In this document: positions 61,957 through 64,000 of the stretch, one piece after another
How positions within the stretch are numbered: position 1 is the first letter of the stretch
How the letters are laid out: the number at the start of each line of letters is the position of its first letter
DNA from: Andalucia godoyi And28
Taxonomy: Eukaryota > Protista > Jakobida
Direction of reading: 5' to 3'
NCBI GenBank assembly: GCA_009859145.1
Contig: VRVR01000003.1
Location: forward strand, 443,315 to 507,314
Length of the DNA stretch: 64,000 nt
Position numbers and translations under genes: made by a program
The notes under the pieces: generated by a model
The model's database searches: none
Told to the model about the DNA's origin: nothing
What the model saw: the letters and a program-made list of their open reading frames with translations, nothing else

Positions 61957-64000
61957 TCACTTGATGTACACGCAGTCGATGCGTTGGAACGTTGGATGAT
62001 CGGCAAGCGCTGCTCCGGCAGCGGCAGAAACCTTGCTGACAATGGGGTCTGGCCTGCAGCGGACGTTCGCATCTCGATTCCACTTCGGATTCCTGCTCTG
62101 ACAACTTAAGCGATTCAGATGCGGAAGAACAGCACGAGACTGCAGTGTTTGTGCCACCTCAGAAACGGCATCTGCAGACAGAGGTCTGTTTGTGTCGACC
62201 ACGAGAACCCGCAAATTTGGAAGCACGTCGCCACCTTCCCACAGCGCTTGCAGCCCTTGTCGGCAAAGACGATTGCCAGTCAAGTCAAGCGTTTCCAAAG
62301 ACGAAAACAGGCTAAGCGGGCCGCACTGCTTTGCAATGGCAAGGGCGTTCTTCACGGAGTCGGAGGACAATCCGGAGTCCTTAATGCACAAGTGACGAAT
62401 TCCAGTCGCACTCAACGAAGCAAACATCGGCAACAATTCTTCTGTGCCTTCAAATGCAGGGGAAAAGGTGACGCCCCACGACGAGGAGGATGGAGCGGAT
62501 TGTTTTGGATACGACATTCGTTCCAGTCGGACTTCTACAAGCTTTGAAAAGTTGGGCATTGTCGATAAGTGCATTCGAACATGCTCGGCGGTGCGTGCGC
62601 TAGCAGGAAGACCGGAAAATGTGAGACTCCTCAGATTCGGAGCATTGACCATGGGAAGAACATCCTCGATTCTGTAGACGAGCTTCGTGGTCTGATCACT
62701 GGTCCCAAACACAAACTCTTCGAGTGCGGTCCACGGGTGTGCCGAGAGAACTGCCTCCAACGCAAACCGATTCATTCCATGCATTGCAAAGTTGGGATCT
62801 TCCGAAATAACCAGCTGCCGAAGCGTCTTTCGCAAGGGCGCCCCGGCACCACTGCTGTCCTGAAATGCAGACAACAACACAGTGTCCATGAACCAGGTCT
62901 CGCTTAATTCCAGCTTGACCAGCGGCAATTCGAGGAACGCAAGCGGGCAGTTCGCGCGGAGGGCGGCGTCAGAATGTGGCTTGATTCGATTCAGCGACAG
63001 TTCCTGCGTGCATTCCGTCCACTTGCAGTCCGTGAGAATATCCCAGAATCCTTCGGTTACGGACTCGACACAAGGAACAGAAAGTGCAAGCGAATCATGA
63101 ATCGGCGAGGATCGAAACAGCTGAATGACGTCTTCCTCTGCGTCGTTCTTTGGAATGTACTCAATATCCAGCAATCGAAGTCCTTGCGTGCCATTGAGAT
63201 GCGATTGCAGTGCTTCCCACCACGGACTCGCGTCAAGGACACTGCACAGTCGAGTGCTGACTCGTTGCAGCTGCAGTGCCCTTTGCGCAAGGACAACCAC
63301 CAGTTTACCGAGACTGTGGTTGGAACGCCGCGACTCCTTGCCGTCCTCCGTCGCACTTGGATCGCTTGCACCACCAGCGACTGCACCTGAGGTGCCATTT
63401 GCGAGACCGCCGTGTCGCAGCGATCCGAGCGACAGACTCTGAATAGTAGGCAGAAACGGGGCGGCTGCAACGGCGTTGGCATGTCTGACTAGCCGTTGCG
63501 ATTCCGAGCCTGGTGAACGAACACCAACGTTGCAATCCCACTCTAAATGCTTCAGCGACTTGAACGGCGTGCTGCACATCGCCTCAAACTCGGAGGTTTC
63601 ACAACTGATCATTGCAGGGCCTTCATACACAACGAAGCTGACTCGGTAGCAACGCAAGGTGTGGAGTCGGTTCCGAAAGCACTCGTTTCCAGCAAGCACT
63701 GCAAAGCACTGTCTTGCGGAAGCGACCTCGGTGTTGACGCTGCTCAAGTCCACTTCAAACCGTGAGAGAGAGAGAGCATTGACGTGCGGAAACGCGGAAG
63801 AAATCAAGCGCCACCAGTCGATCAGGACCTGCACATCGACGGAGCCTGCAAGGTCCGAAAGCGACACGCATTGCACGAGCTTCCGGACTTCATCGGGCAC
63901 TCGGAATATCCATTTTTGCATTTCTGCAAGAGATTCTTCGGCGAGAGTAAACGTGTAACGAGTGCACCGCAGCGTCAAGTCGCGCTCAAGAAGCCGGGCG
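61957..64000 (-). CDS. Leucine-rich repeat (RNI-like) protein; 5' end lies outside the window
   Basis: Frame is open to the window edge; LRR-like units LHTLRC, LKHLEW, LVKLELSET, LRSLTFSG, LETLDLTGNRL, LRVLVVDTN. Confidence 0.75.
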   Translation of the reverse strand, partial: ARLLERDLTLRCTRYTFTLAEESLAEMQKWIFRVPDEVRKLVQCVSLSDLAGSVDVQVLIDWWRLISSAFPHVNALSLSRFEVDLSSVNTEVASARQCFAVLAGNECFRNRLHTLRCYRVSFVVYEGPAMISCETSEFEAMCSTPFKSLKHLEWDCNVGVRSPGSESQRLVRHANAVAAAPFLPTIQSLSLGSLRHGGLANGTSGAVAGGASDPSATEDGKESRRSNHSLGKLVVVLAQRALQLQRVSTRLCSVLDASPWWEALQSHLNGTQGLRLLDIEYIPKNDAEEDVIQLFRSSPIHDSLALSVPCVESVTEGFWDILTDCKWTECTQELSLNRIKPHSDAALRANCPLAFLELPLVKLELSETWFMDTVLLSAFQDSSGAGAPLRKTLRQLVISEDPNFAMHGMNRFALEAVLSAHPWTALEEFVFGTSDQTTKLVYRIEDVLPMVNAPNLRSLTFSGLPASARTAEHVRMHLSTMPNFSKLVEVRLERMSYPKQSAPSSSSWGVTFSPAFEGTEELLPMFASLSATGIRHLCIKDSGLSSDSVKNALAIAKQCGPLSLFSSLETLDLTGNRLCRQGLQALWEGGDVLPNLRVLVVDTNRPLSADAVSEVAQTLQSRAVLPHLNRLSCQSRNPKWNRDANVRCRPDPIVSKVSAAAGAALADHPTFQRIDCVYIK

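Overview
Nuclear DNA from a gene-dense, intron-poor, flagellated unicellular eukaryote. A jakobid such as Andalucia is plausible, but this is inference from ciliary genes, rare short introns and a nuclear bacterial-type RnpA. About 26 protein-coding genes tile the window, separated by short AT-rich or microsatellite spacers. In order: serine carboxypeptidase S10 (partial), phosphomannomutase, Zn2Cys6 transcription factor, a giant STRA6-like membrane protein, mL43, an NDUFA9-like protein, Tim22, an R2R3 Myb, IFT56, WDR90, a divergent PRP31, a CNBD cation channel, an unknown secreted protein, Nup214/159, a C19orf44-like protein, a DsbA-like protein, a Tubby-domain protein, a coiled-coil protein, an RnpA-like protein, RFT1, NPRL2, RFC5, alpha-tubulin, a small orphan ORF, SKI2 and an LRR protein (partial). 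No rRNA, tRNA, CRISPR array or autonomous mobile element was seen. The most notable items are: (1) a nuclear, insertion-split RnpA whose CDS overlaps RFT1 antisense by 330 nt; (2) a STRA6 domain fused to a ~1400-aa ectodomain; (3) a candidate ~215-nt structured ncRNA with TATA and T4, next to a dispersed ~140-bp repeat whose second copy lacks the TATA and the 5' arm of the first hairpin; (4) a channel with a GYQ selectivity filter; (5) a predicted 9-nt microexon in SKI2. All family assignments come from motif recognition by eye; no searches were run.
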